The notes beneath the pieces were generated by a model, which saw only the letters and a program-made list of their open reading frames with translations, made no database searches and was not told where the DNA came from. A stretch of 63,289 bases of DNA, filler included, from Atractiella rhizophila (Eukaryota), in assembly GCA_021432655.1 (NCBI GenBank). It is 5 parts of 5 records of this genome, joined end to end, with 100 filler letters (N's around TTAATTAATTAA, not from the genome) between each part and the next. Parts side by side here need not be neighbours in the genome. Positions count along the whole stretch, not along the records: positions 14,696 to 29,257 come from MU271959.1; positions 29,358 to 43,836 come from MU271960.1; 3 more parts are not named here. One strand, 5' to 3'. Both the position numbers and the translations under genes were made by a program. This document shows positions 20,616 to 33,396 of this stretch, piece after piece (position 1 is the stretch's first letter; the number at the start of each line of letters is the position of its first letter).

Positions 20616-23600
20616 ATGGATATATACATGCGCAGCATTCCTAACAGTGCAAGCGATCACCAGGTTATCCGCCAGATTGCAACTGTGCTGCACAGCGACG
20701 CTTGTCGTGCTATTCATCCAGGACCTCCTGTGAACTTCAGGGTCACCGTGTTCTCCAGTCATGGCAGAAATGGACGCCGATCACGCAACAAATCGGGGCG
20801 TCTCGTCATTCCGTTTGAAGATGTTTCAAAATACTTTTTGAACATTGTCGCCAACCAGATGCCAGTCCTAGTTTTGAATCGGCGAATTGAGTTTCAGGTC
20901 AACAACAAAACCCAGGGTCGTCCAGACGAAGGGCTCGTTCAACATTTGAAGCAGACACCTTACATTGACCCGAAAAAAAAGGAGATTGAGGAACAAGAGA
21001 ACGCGGTGTTTGACGAACGCATTCACCTGGAATTCATGCAGTTCGGGAAGGTGGATACAAGCTGGAAATTCTTACCTGCACATAAGGTGGATGGACTAAA
21101 CGGATCCTTATCAATATATTTCGCTCCACTCAGGAAAGAAGTGGTCATTCGCGATGACTACTCTCGCACGGAGGTTGCTTTAAAGAAGTCTAAAGTGCGC
21201 GCTATTCTCCTTGACGAGGCATGTTCTTTTGTCTTGGGATTAAGCATCTACTGAGAACTTGATTAGGTCGTAGGAAACGCCATCATGGTGCTGGATGCGC
21301 CGCCAGCTTACTATCATCTGCCAAATGATACCACGTTAACTGTAGAAACTCTTTTTGGTCAATTAGACCTCTCCGATCTCTTCAATACGGTGAAACCAGT
21401 ACGAAAACGACTGCCATCTCTGTCCGAAACCCATTCGAAAACCGCAAGCCTGGCTAATTTGAACATTCTGGTCTCTTTTGCAAGCCAAGCTGCCGTTAGC
21501 TCTTTCTCTCGTCTCGGGAAGAAGTTTCAGCTCCCCAAGATGGAAAGAGATCGAAATTTGATAGGACTTGAGCATCATTTTTCAGAGTCAGTTATAAACG
21601 ACCTCAACAGATGGTTGGGTCACCTTCCACCCAAAACTGCATTTCAAATCGAGCGGATGTGTCGAAACGGTTGGTTTACGCCACAAGAGGTTCTAGCGGA
21701 GCAGAGCTACATTGATTCTCTGCGCGGGAGAGTAGGAGAGTTAAATGCGGCTGACATTATTGGTTCTATCGATCTCAGCATCAAGGACGAGAAAACTCTT
21801 ACAGCTGAAGGCATGCAGACACCTCTACAGAAACATCTTTCAGCTATCGAGCACGGCCAACGCCCGATGAAGTCGACAAGCCCTGGGTCAGGAGGGATTT
21901 TCAAGTCCTATCACCTCTATGTGACGCCTTCCGCTTTCACGATGGAAGGACCCTTAATAGACCAGTCAAATGACCTGCTTCGCAGGTTTCCCACTTGCCA
22001 TGACCGATTCCTTCGTGTTTCCTTTCGGGAAGAGGACCTTTCTTCTATAAGATACGATAAAGACATCGATCATGCTGGGTTCGTTAGAGACTGCTTTCTC
22101 CCAAGATTGCAAGACGGAATCCTTGTGATGGGTCGAACTTACCAATTTCTTGGCTACTCGTCTTCTGCTTTACGAGACCATGGAGTTTGGTTTGTCACTC
22201 CTTTTACAACTCCTGATGGGCGTCGTCACGATGCGGACACAATCAGAGCTTCGTTAGGGTCCTTCACGGAATGCATACAGAAACCTGCCAAGTATGGCGC
22301 GCGTCTCGCCCAAGTTTTCACGGCGACAGTGCCTACCGTCAAGTTATCTTCATCCCAGATATTCAAAACACTTTCAGATCGATTTGCTCGAGATGGCACA
22401 CTCTTTACTGATGGAGTTGGAACTATGTCGGCCTCTTTGGCTAAGAAGATTCATTCACAACATCAAGAATTGAAGCGAAAGAAAAGGAGGGGTCAAATGC
22501 TCACTCCAAGTGTTTTTCAGTTTCGCTTAGGCGGTGCAAAAGGTGTGGTGGTAGTGGATCCTACCCTTACTGGGGACTGTCTGTTTATCCGCCCCTCTCA
22601 GGAGAAGTTCGATGCCCCCGATGCCTTGGATTTCAATGTTGCTTCTACATCAACGAAACCGATGCCAATGTTTCTCAACAGGCCGCTTGTGCAGGTGCGT
22701 CCTTCCCTAACTGAAATGTCGGTTCCTTGATATAACTCTAGATTTTGGAACACCTTGGAGCCAACTCTGAGGCCATTGAGGAGCTTCAACGTCAGGCAGT
22801 CAGGGATGTTTCTTCGATTACAGAAAGTTTGGACCATGCGGCGGAAGTCTTCAAAAAGTTTGGACTTGCAAATTCTTTCAAAGTTGCCTCTATTCTTCGA
22901 AACATGAAACATTTACTCCAACTGGACTTGGGTTCAACGGTTTCTGCGGGTCGAATCCAGGATCCGTTTCTCCTCGAAGTCCTTCACATCGCTACTGCCG
23001 ATATTCTACGAGAGCTGAAGCATCGTGCACGCATTCCCGTTTCAGGGTCATATACGCTTTTGGGGGTTGCGGATGAGTGGGGGGTTCTGGAAGAAGGAGA
23101 GATCTATGCCGCTGTCCGACACGACTTTGACGACACCATAGAGCATATTGTTGGCAAAGTAGCAATCACGAGGTCCCCAACAATGCATCCGGGGGACATC
23201 CAGCTTGTCCAGGCACTCTCTCCTTCTCAACTCCCGCCCCAATGTCCTTTGCTAACACTGGAGAACTGTGTGGTGTTCGCCTGTCGCGGAAGTCGCTCTC
23301 TACCTTCTTGTCTCGGTGGCGGTGATTTAGGTGGGTATCCGTCAAACAGTTTCGCGACTAACGAGACTCTAGATGGTGATATATACAACGTCATTGTGGA
23401 TGGACGCCTCCACCCCAAATCCACTAAAAAGCCAGCATCTTACACTCCTGTTCCACCTCTTACGTTGGATCGTGATAGTACCATAGGCGATATCGCAGAA
23501 TTTGTCGTGAACTATATAGCGTCCGACATCCTAGGATTGATTTCCACTACCTCGCTGGCCTTAGCCGATCAGAATCCTTTAGGCCCATCTTGCGATGATT

Positions 23601-24391
23601 GCCTCCATCTCGCCGAACTTCACTCGCACGCTGTCGACTTCCCGAAGACAGGCGTGCCCGTTACCACAAAGCTCCCTCGAGTCCAAGCTCGACCTGACTT
23701 CCTTCGACCTGAATACGTAGCCGACAGGGACGATAAGGCTTACTATGAGTCTTCTAGACTTCTTGGTAGACTGTTTCGGGCCATACCGGACCAAGAATTG
23801 AGGCTTCATCCCCCAAAGAAGGAGAGGACGCTCCCGAAATCCTTCACACCGCGGCACAGTTACTCAGCATCTGATTCTGTCTCCATGGCCATGCTTCGAT
23901 CCATGGGCAGGAATCTGGTCTACGTGCATGATGGAGAGGTAGAAGAGGAGATGTTTGAATATTGGTCTCATTTCGCTCGCCAGCTAGATGTTATCTGCCA
24001 CAACAACACGCTTTCTAATCGCGGAAAGCCATTGTCGGAAGAAGAAGCTTTTGTCGGAGCCATTATAGCGAGAATTTCTGATCGTCGAGTTCAGAAAGAG
24101 TATCTCTCTCAGCTGAAGATGCAAACGGAAGAGTTGGCGCGCGAGGTTCAGCATGATATTGAAGGCGACGACGAGAACTCGGTTGAGGACCGCCTCCACA
24201 GGGCTTGGTACGCTTGGATAATGTACGCTTTCACCTTTTCATCCCAATCTTTCATCCATTTACGGTTGTTCAGGGCACGCCAGCTGGAAGAATTTGAAAC
24301 ACAAGACGACAAAGTTCTTTTTGGTGTCAAAAGCTTCGGCTATCTCGCACTTCACACCTTTTTGGAAAATCTGAAGGCATGGAGAGGATGA
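20616..24391 (+). CDS. RNA-dependent RNA polymerase (eukaryotic RNAi-type RdRP), multi-exon
   Basis: Motifs RFLRVSFREE, YQFLGYSSSALRDH, PAKYGARLAQVF, FTDGVG, FQFRLGGAKG, GVADEWGVLEEGEIY, RSPTMHPGDIQ and AELHSHAVDFPKTG. The catalytic GGGDLDGD forms after splicing 23331-23372. Other introns lie at ~21219-21266, ~22695-22741 and ~24222-24272. Confidence 0.95.
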
Positions 24392-25234
24392 TAAAGGAAT
24401 GAGACTCCAGTGACGACGAAACAATTTGCAGTAACGGTCACTGAAATTATTATGTCCAAGCTTTTCGCATGACTGGATTTGAACCTGAGCCCAACCATCC
24501 AACTTTCCCTTCTCGCCGTTCCCTCAGAGCTTGGCGCCAACTTAGCCTTGCCTCGCTCTTGCCTCGCTCTTCATTTGCACCGATCTCGCTTCATGGGGAG
24601 ACACTATCCGCTCCGTGGGACGATTGACAATTTTCTTCCAGTGACAGTCAGGAGCATTGTGGCCCAGCTATTCAAGCGACAATCAATTGGCATCAATAGG
24701 GAACTTTGAGCTGTGGGTTTCTCAAGCGAGCTAGCAATACGGCATAGTGCGATGCTTTGTAAATGCAACGAACGATAAGAGCCAGCCGACTTGAAAGCTT
24801 GAACTCGTCATGAACACATCACTTAGGAAGGAAAGCTTCGCATGAGGCACCCGTATGAGCGGCAGAGTGAATCGCCCACGAAGCAAAGCAGCTTTGAGTA
24901 GCTTTCTCTCCTCCTCTCAAACAGGAAACACGTTCCTTACGCCTCAAAGCAATTGTTAAAGTGAAGAGGAACAGCTCAGCATGACCTCACCAGGTATCTA
25001 TTGCTTTTGAGGGGTAATTTTCATCTTCCCGGCCACACATGCTTACAGGCAGGCTTCCAGCAAGATCCTCAATAAATAAGTTGGCGCAACGCCATCAATG
25101 CATCGATCGGTCGGATGAATGACGTCGTTTCCCAGCTCGTGCAGAACCTAAACAACGGGAACGCGTCCTTCAAAAACGAGCCACGATCGACACAATCCCC
25201 CAAAAAACGACCATCGAAATAAACAAAACGCAGA

Positions 25235-27449
25235 ATGACGGACCAGCCCCTATCCCAAGCACCAAAGAAGCTTCTGCTTACCTCTCTCCCACCCAAGCAG
25301 AAGGGATTTGGAGAACATCTCGTTCGTGTTTCCTCTTTACCTTTGCTTTTCGCCACTTGAATGTTCTTTCCATGATACACTTATCATCAAGCTATTCTTT
25401 TGTTGTTACACAAGAGCTGTGACGCTGATTCGATATGGTAGTATCCTAGGACGCCAAGCAGGATCGACCCCAATAACCCGCCATGGCCAGCTTATCGGTG
25501 TGTTCTTTCTCTCCTTTTCCCTATTTCCTAATACTGAGTTGGGCTCGCCTGGCGCTAGTGGATACCATGAGTACTCTTTCGCCCACGCTACTATGGGTCA
25601 ACGGCTCCCGACCATCTTAGGTTCGTTTCCTGCATCTGCTCATTTCAAGACGATGATTGAGATAAATGGCATAGGCAAGGCGATTGATGATGCTGTGAAG
25701 ACGTTGAACGAGGAACACGATGAAGATCGCATGGTGGATATGGTGGAGTGTATCGAAAGGATGGAAGATTTAATGGAGGACATGACGAGCAACAGAAAGC
25801 TGAGACCTATGTACGTTGGCGCCTCTTCTTTATGACTATGAATGGGCGTTGAGTTTGGTTTAATGGATAGTATTGATGATGGGGAGGGAGATATTCCCCT
25901 TTGGAACAAGGAAATCGCGCGTTATTTCAGGGGAAAGGACTTCATGAACGCTCCTTGGTTGTTTGCCGAAGCCTACAAGTATCGAAGGCTGCACGAGTGT
26001 TTCTCCGTCTCCAAGTACTGGCAAGACTACGACGTCTTTTTCAGGTCCGCTTTATTTCCCTTATATGTCGCCCAGATACTGTCATTAATGCGAGTTGTTG
26101 ACGGAGGACAGGCAGAAATGTGAAACGTTCTCCCGTTCTGGGCAAGCCGTATTCGAACTCTCTTTGAGATTTGCTCAGCCGTTCAAGTATGCAGAGGGGA
26201 ATACAGAAGAGCAGAATACAGAGGTTTGTTTTCCTTGTCTGTGGTGGAGAAGAGTGGACGATATGTTGTCGACGAGACATGAAAGCATGAAGTCGAAAGA
26301 ATGGCTCAGTTCTGCACGATGTTTGTGGGCACTATTTAAGCAGTTCGCTGATTGTAATGGGAACAGCAACGCCGGCTCCTCTTCCACGAACTGACCCAAG
26401 TGTGCTTGTGGGGTAACTCCACTGATCTCTCTTTGCTCATCAACGTTCGTCTTCCCTCCGGCTTATTCTAATGTTCCAATTTGGCCTCCCGATAGATGAC
26501 GGAAGAGGATATCAAAAAGCTTCAGTCGACGGGTGGCGATCACTTGGCGGCGACGGAGCAGAACATTTTGGGTAACCACAAACAAGAAATATGGGACGTG
26601 GTGAGCAAGATGAAAGGTGGACGGATCGACTTTGTGCTCGATAATGCTGGATTCGAGCTCTATTGCGATCTAGTATACGCGGATTGGTTGATTCAGAGTG
26701 GGATCGCGAGCGAAATTCATTTCCACGGCAAGAAGTTTGCCTGGTTCGTTTCTGGTACGTTGTCCTGCTCTTTGGAGAAAAGTCTTGAAGAAGGGAGGAT
26801 AGACGTCACCAAGAAGGATTGGTCTTGGCTTCTCAACATCTGCGTCTATGGACATCTATTCAAAGACCAGACGAATGATGAATACGCGTCATTGAGGAAG
26901 ATGGGGGAGAGGTGGAAGCAGTACGAGAAAGAGGGGCGATGGGTCTACGAGAGTCATCCGTTCTGGATTACGTGTGTCCCTTTCTCAACCTCATCGTTTT
27001 CGTTTGATGGAACTCCAACTGATGACTGGATCCTGTGATTTACAGCGGATACACGTTCTGGGAGCTCCAGAAGGAGGCCCCGGATCTCTTCCTCCATCTT
27101 GCTGACTCCGACCTCGTCATCTTCAAAGGAGACCTCAATCACAGGAAGTTGACGTACGACTGTCACGCCCCACCGAACACGCCATTCGAAGTGGCCATTG
27201 GTCCCCTGGCCTCTGCTCCTGGAGCACCACCAGTCGTGTCTCTGAGAACTATCAAGTCCGATGTCGTTGTGAACGTGCCAGGAGAGGTTGCTGAGAGACT
27301 GGACAAGGAAGAGCCTGGATGGAAAATCTCTGGCGTATGTTCTCTCTTTCACCTGATGGATAAAGTGGATGCTAATGACTGGAGAAAAGAAATACGCTGT
27401 TGTCTTGCTCTCCAAGGGCAGGAAGGGCGAGCCTGTGGTTTTCGAATGA
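25235..27449 (+). CDS. DUF89 / ARMT1-like damage-control metal-dependent phosphatase, multi-exon
   Basis: Motifs SFAHATMGQRLPTIL, NAPWLFAEAYKYRRL, LWGNSTDLSLL, RIDFVLDNAGFELYCDL, WFVS-DVT, LVIFKGDLNHRKL and LRTIKSDVVV. Confidence 0.92.
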
Positions 27450-27788
27450 TCTCAAAACTATGGACCTCTCGGGGTTGCGGCTGGTTGTTATCGTAAACTA
27501 TTTTGACTGATAAAAAAAGTGAGATATGTTAATAGACTTAGCATTCGTCGATTCTCGTTGTGACACTTTGACTGATTGTGAAGAAGACTTGAATGTATAT
27601 TTGACGTAATTCTGCAATCACTTGTTCCCCTCATCATTTACATAAAATGTTCACAATAAGCGAAATGAACCCGATTCTGCTTTTTCAGTGTTCAATAGTG
27701 TAAAGGGAACGGTAGCAATGTCAGACATGATAATAATGTTTCATGTCTGATCAATGCGTACTCCTTCACGTTATCCCGTACATCACAT

Positions 27789-29070
27789 CTACCTGTGTCC
27801 AAAAGGGAACGGCATGTCTCCTTTACTCTCCAAACTATCGAAATCTTGACTAGAATGAGTTGTCCAGTCTTTCCTGCGACTGGCACTGCGCGGTGTCGTC
27901 GGGCTCAGCTCGACGATGGTTTCGAGACGTGAAGGCAAAATGATTTGAACCGCATTATTTGATGGTTCTGAAGAGGAGCGGTCCATTCGAGATCCCGAGC
28001 TTTTCGAATTGGATGGGTGTGAGACAGACTCTGCAGCCATACTACGCATGTTCTACGTACCCATTCATGAGCACTACTCGGGATGGCAACAAGGCGGCAC
28101 GCACAAAGACGATGCGCGAGCACATGATTGATGTGAGCGTTACGGAGAGTGGAGCATGCAACGCCCGATTGGCGATATTGGGGACGACGAAGAAAAGAAA
28201 GTTGACGAAGTTGACAGTGAAAACCTCCATTGATACGCCTCATCAGTTCTGTTAAACATTACAGAAATAGACAGCGCACAATACCAAAATAAATGATCCC
28301 ATCACTGCAAATTCGATGAGGAAAAGTAGACGGATGACAGAAGAAGACATACCGAAGGATGATATTGAAAATCGGCATTTTCCCACCTTGCAATCGGTAT
28401 CGTATGACTGGCCTTAACGGTTTGCTTCATCTGTGCTTCCCTCTGAGAAGATGACCACTAACGAGATAGTGAGGCAAAGTGCCACTCTGGGAACACGTCA
28501 GCCATGAACAATGCAGCCAAGAGAACACAACAGACGTATCAAAAACTAATGGCCCGATCCCTGTCACCTATCTTCAATATCGAAACTCACACGCAGAACT
28601 GAGCGAAGACCTACAGGCAACATAGCTATAGGCACCCGTCGCAATTGCAATGCAACCCCTGTGTCGAAGGTCATCACGAACTCCGCCAACGAGCAGCAAC
28701 GAAAGCTTACCGCTCGCCAGGAGGTAGCGGCAGAGGTCTATAATGAGCAACAGCAAAAACGTTGGTGAAAAAACAAGCTGTCGACAATGCGATTCTTCCC
28801 AATCAATCAATGTCACATCACCCGTTTGATTGAGCGGCGAACAAGAAAATGATGATGATCCGTGATCTGTCCCAGAGCTGTGCCGACCAGACAGAGGATC
28901 AGCGCTCAGCTTGATTTGCCAAAGGACGAAGATGGAAGGATGCGTACAGCGATAACTCGAACCGAGAATATGATCATACTTGCAGCTGCGACCACCGGTC
29001 AGTCGTTCTCCGACCAGTGGGAGGTAGTCCTACCGAAGAGCGAAGCCTATGAGAATTCGTTAACCTGAAA
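27789..29070 (-). CDS. Putative fungal multi-pass membrane protein (DUF6533-like), many short exons
   Basis: Hydrophobic exon fragments (FSPTFLLLLIIDLCRYLL; GPLVF; FTVNFVNFLFFVV...SVTLTSIMCSRIVF) separated by short GT-AG introns. Boundaries are approximate. Confidence 0.45.
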
Positions 29071-29257
29071 ATTTACTGTGCAGGTGGTGGCTCACTGCTA
29101 GAGCAGGATTCACGAAATTAACGTGCCTATTGGTCGAGGGGGTCAGTGTCCTTTCGGGCTCATTACATGAGGGTACCTGCAGCGCTCCGCTGAGAAGACG
29201 TTGGTGAAGAAATAGAGGAAGGTAATCTAGCCGTATGCATATTCGGCGTCAAGTTCC

Positions 29258-29357
29258 NNNNNNNNNNNNNNNNNNNNNNNNNNNNNNNNNNNNNNNNNNN
29301 NTTAATTAATTAANNNNNNNNNNNNNNNNNNNNNNNNNNNNNNNNNNNNNNNNNNNN
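29258..29357. other. Artificial 100-nt contig spacer
   Basis: N44-TTAATTAATTAA-N44. Confidence 0.97.
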
Positions 29358-32300
29358 AACTCGTCTCCTCCCACTGCCCCCTCACATTCGAAGAGCGGAT
29401 CAATGACCGCCGAATCCTCTCTACCAATGGCGAATCCATCTGTCACGATCGAAGGAGCGAGGGAGTAGACGCCAAAAGAGACGGGTCTAACCTCCGTCTC
29501 CTTCATTCGTTTCAAATCGAAACTGCCCTCTATCTCGATGTGTACTAGATTCTCTAAGATGGGAAGCTCAGGAAGTGGCGCGGATGCAGTAGGTCCGGGA
29601 TTCAAGACCTTGGCACCGGCGCTGGACTCTGCACTGCAGAGTACAGGAGGAGGTTTCGTGATGGTTATCACTTGGTGAGGTGGTCTACCAATTCGGTCTG
29701 AATCTTTGGATGTGGCTGCATTTGAATCCAATAGAGGTAGAGTCATTGCCGTAGGAATGGGAGAGGGAAGGATCCCTTCCGACATCGACTTGCCTCCAGG
29801 CATCGTATCTCGTAATTTAGCCACCGCCATCTTGATGAGGTTTCCTGATTTCGCCGTATCTGACCTCCCCCTCTTCGCATTCGTATCTGCCGCAGGAGCA
29901 ATACCGGGCACTTCTGGTGGAGTAGCAAATCCAATTGTCTCCTCACTAGACAATTTGGACAGCTCGGTTTTATTCTCAGATCGGATCAAATTATGTCTCT
30001 CCACCGAATGGGAGTAATTGGAACGGTTGGTTGAGCTCTTCGTGGAAGAGGAGACGTCGGAATTCCGAGATCTTTGAGATTCCATCGACTGCTTTAAGTT
30101 GTCTTGAGTTGTGGTGAAGTTCCACAAGTTGAGCGAGTGCTGGAGTTGTGGGTTGTAAGCATACTGCTTCTCCCCGGTCGCGAAGAAATGGTTGACCGTC
30201 TCCTTGGAGCACTGAGACTTGTGACCCCCCATGTCGTGGATCGTGATACTGGGCAAGGCGTGAGTTGCCGTGGACGTTGCGTTCTTCATCTCCGCCGCCA
30301 TTTCTACTCTGCGGGCGCCTTCGCTCACAAAGCTGAAGTGATTAATTTGCTTCAGCTCCTTCCTTCTCCGAGCGCGTCGGAGGAAGAACATGATCATCCA
30401 TCCAAAAATGCCTAAGCAGGCAGCTGCACCGACTACCGAAGTAGCAATAAGAGCATTAAGAACTGCGCGATCCTGACTGCCTGTGGTGGATGAACCCGGC
30501 TCCTTGACGGGATTCCCCCTTTCTCTGACTATGACGAATTCGGACGCAGGAGGAACAGGCGTAGGAGGAGCGGAAACATCTGGTGCTTCTGGAAATCCGT
30601 CATGAAAGATAGGAGTGTCGAGGGTTTGAGGCGTCCCGTCAAGCAGAGGAGATCGGAGTATAATGGGTGACGGGGTCGGTGGAGACAAGATGTCCAAGTT
30701 TGGTGCCTTGATAGAGGGCTGCTCGCTCAAAATCGAAGCTTTCTCGTTACTAAGATCGATCATTAGAAAATACTCGTTTGTCAAAAGCGAGCAACTTGCA
30801 TTCGAGAATCCCAGCTACGAAACTCTTCGAACAGATCGTCCATTCCCAAGCCAGCGAGTTCAGCCTTCTTTACTTTAGCAATGCGCCGTCTGGTAAAAGC
30901 AAGGGAGGTAACGTTGACTGGACGAGTGAAGGATATGTCGGGGCTAATCCAGGACGACTCAGCTTCGTCTCGAGCGTTGGCTAGCCCACCTACCTTGCCA
31001 ATGCCTTGGGCAAGCCAGCAAGACTAACAGAATGAATTAAGTCTGACTCTCGACCAGCGCTACAGAAAATAATTAACCAATACCCGCTAGCAGTAAAACA
31101 TCACGACAACTTACCCTTTCAAAACACTATCATCCCAATGCACCTTCTTTTTCTTTTTCAATGCTTCCGTGTTGACGCTCCCACCACTTCTTCCAGCAAG
31201 AATGCCATGCTTTCTGTTCTTTGCGGTATTTTGACCATGTACAGTGAAGGCATCGAACGAAGGCAACACCTCTGCATCCTCTTCCGCATCATCAAATCTT
31301 CCATCGTCGTCACCCAGCGTGACCTCGGATTCCGAGCGCGACAGAGGACCCTCAGTCAAAGCTTTAGCCGTTGCACTTACAAGAGCTTCTAGATGAGTAT
31401 TCTTCTTTGGTTCGGAGAGTTGGGCGAGAGGATCGGTAGTGTTCACGGAGGCCATATCGGCGTTTGGAATTTCGGGAACAGCGAGAGCTCTGTCACTGAG
31501 CCAGGGGTCTTTGACTCCTGGAGGGTTCTTGTCTTTCCGAAAGCCTTGTTTGATGTCACCTTCAAACGGATTGCTCCTTTCGTCTTCCTTGCCCAAACTA
31601 GGAAGATGATGTTTCGTATCGGGGAAATCGAATGTTGGATTGGATTGAAATGATGGAAGCGGTAGATGGTTGATATCGAAAGAAGGCATTTGACGGTCAG
31701 CTTGAAAATTTTTTGACGGCGCATTTGCATCACTCTCAAACAGATTCGTCAGAGGTCGCGCCTCGCTTCGCTTTGGAGACTCAGAGACACTAGCGAAAGA
31801 GATCGCCCTTTTCTGTCCATCGAGGCTTCTACTAAATTGGAGGTGGTGCAAAGATTGTTTTTGAAAGTCGGTTGCGGACGGAGTCTCAGTAACTTGGGAC
31901 GTGAGCACAGAGTTTACCACGGGATCGTCTGCCTCGACAGGAGTCGAGGCAGTCAAGCTGGTAAGAAATCGCCTCGTCTCCTCCAGAGAATTTCTGAAAA
32001 CGATCCTTTCTTCTTTAGCAGAGCTAGTAAAGTCGGATCGTTTCCAGCCATGCGTGTCTGGCAACCGTTTATCAGAGATTAGTTGATCTTGGTATACATC
32101 GACTGGCAATGTGTTGACCTCTGGGTAAGAGAAAATGTTGCTGTCAATTTGAGAAAGCGCTCCATTGTACAATTTCGAGGTAGAGGGGAGAACCTCCGCA
32201 GCTTGATTGTCAAGGTTGGCAGACGAAAACACAATATACTTCGCGTCGGGGACTTGGGAAGGGACATCCTCAGATTCATTTTGATTCAGAGGAGAGAAGA

Positions 32301-33396
32301 GATCATTCGTGAGGGAGTCCATCACGCTGCTCTGGAGCGACGTATGATCGATAGCCTCCTGTTCAAAGCCGTTGAAGGGGAGGTTGGCCGTGCTGGGAGA
32401 GAGATTGGTGTCCGTGCGGTTCTGATCCGCCATCACATTATCTTTCACCCCGATCATCTTCACTTTCAAGCTCCTCTGCTCCTCCCTTCCCTTCTTGTTA
32501 ATCTTTCTGAAAGAATCGAGCACGGTAGAGGAATGCTTTTTCGCTTTCTTAAGGGGGAGATGTCGGTTCGACTGGAGATTGGCTACGAGGACTCTCCTGG
32601 TTTCGACAAAGAGGGGGGGATAACAATCTTCATCCGTTCTTCTCTTCCCATTCCTTCCTACGTTCCTGATTCCTGGCATAGTTGAGCACCTCTTCGTTTC
32701 TCCGTTATCTTCACTCTCCCCTTCATGTACATATCCCAATATCTGCCTCATTCCAGCGTCATGGAAGGTGCTGGAAGTTCCATCGAAAGGAAGTGGCCGA
32801 GAGAGCGTAGTAGGGCTCTCCTCAGATGGTGGGATGCCGGGGTGAAGCGAAGAAAGTTTGAAGGAAACTCCCAATGCGTCAACTGGGGCAAAAGAAGCAA
32901 TCGTTGTGTCCTTGTGAGACGAAGCGGCAATGGAACGGATCATCGGTACTGAAAATGCTCCAACACCGGCAGGTTCTGGAGTAGCAGAATGGGAATCCTC
33001 GAGAATAACCATATCGTTCGTATTCGTCATCTTCTCGTCGCGTGAGGGAACGAAGGCAGAATCGGTATCAGCGGCGGCATGAATAGCGTGAGATAACTGA
33101 TTTTGAGCTGTCTCGGAAGCGGAGTCTGAATCGATGGCAGAGAACGATAGACCCAGTCCCCTCCCGACAGATTTCAGGGTATCTACAATGGGACTTGCGA
33201 CATAGACAGTTGGGGATTCGGGTTCGAAGTGAAGCGGTCCCCGCGACTCTCCCATCCTGATAGAGGGAGAAGATGGAGAAAGCATTCCCATGTCGCCCTC
33301 GACCGTGAAGTCCAGAGGAGAATCGAAACTAAAAGATGTCGAAGGAGTAGAACGCGAGTGGAAAGTCTTCATGTTGAAACTGCAACATAGACCCAC
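29358..33396 (-). CDS. Large low-complexity single-pass membrane protein of unknown function, copy 1 (3' end runs off the contig)
   Basis: The 761-aa ORF (31111-33396) ends at a gtaagt donor. Short exons plausibly link it to the ORF below 30784, which has the TM helix ALIATSVVGAAACLGIFGWMIMFFL followed by RRARRRK. It could be two genes. Confidence 0.65.

Noticed and set aside
1..24391. RdRP as a defence gene clustered with the Helitron and YR-like element
   Set aside because: They are on different contigs separated by an artificial spacer, so linkage is unsupported.
20616..24391. RdRP as an endogenous viral polymerase
   Set aside because: It has spliceosomal introns and the cellular DxDGD motif, not a viral GDD palm motif.
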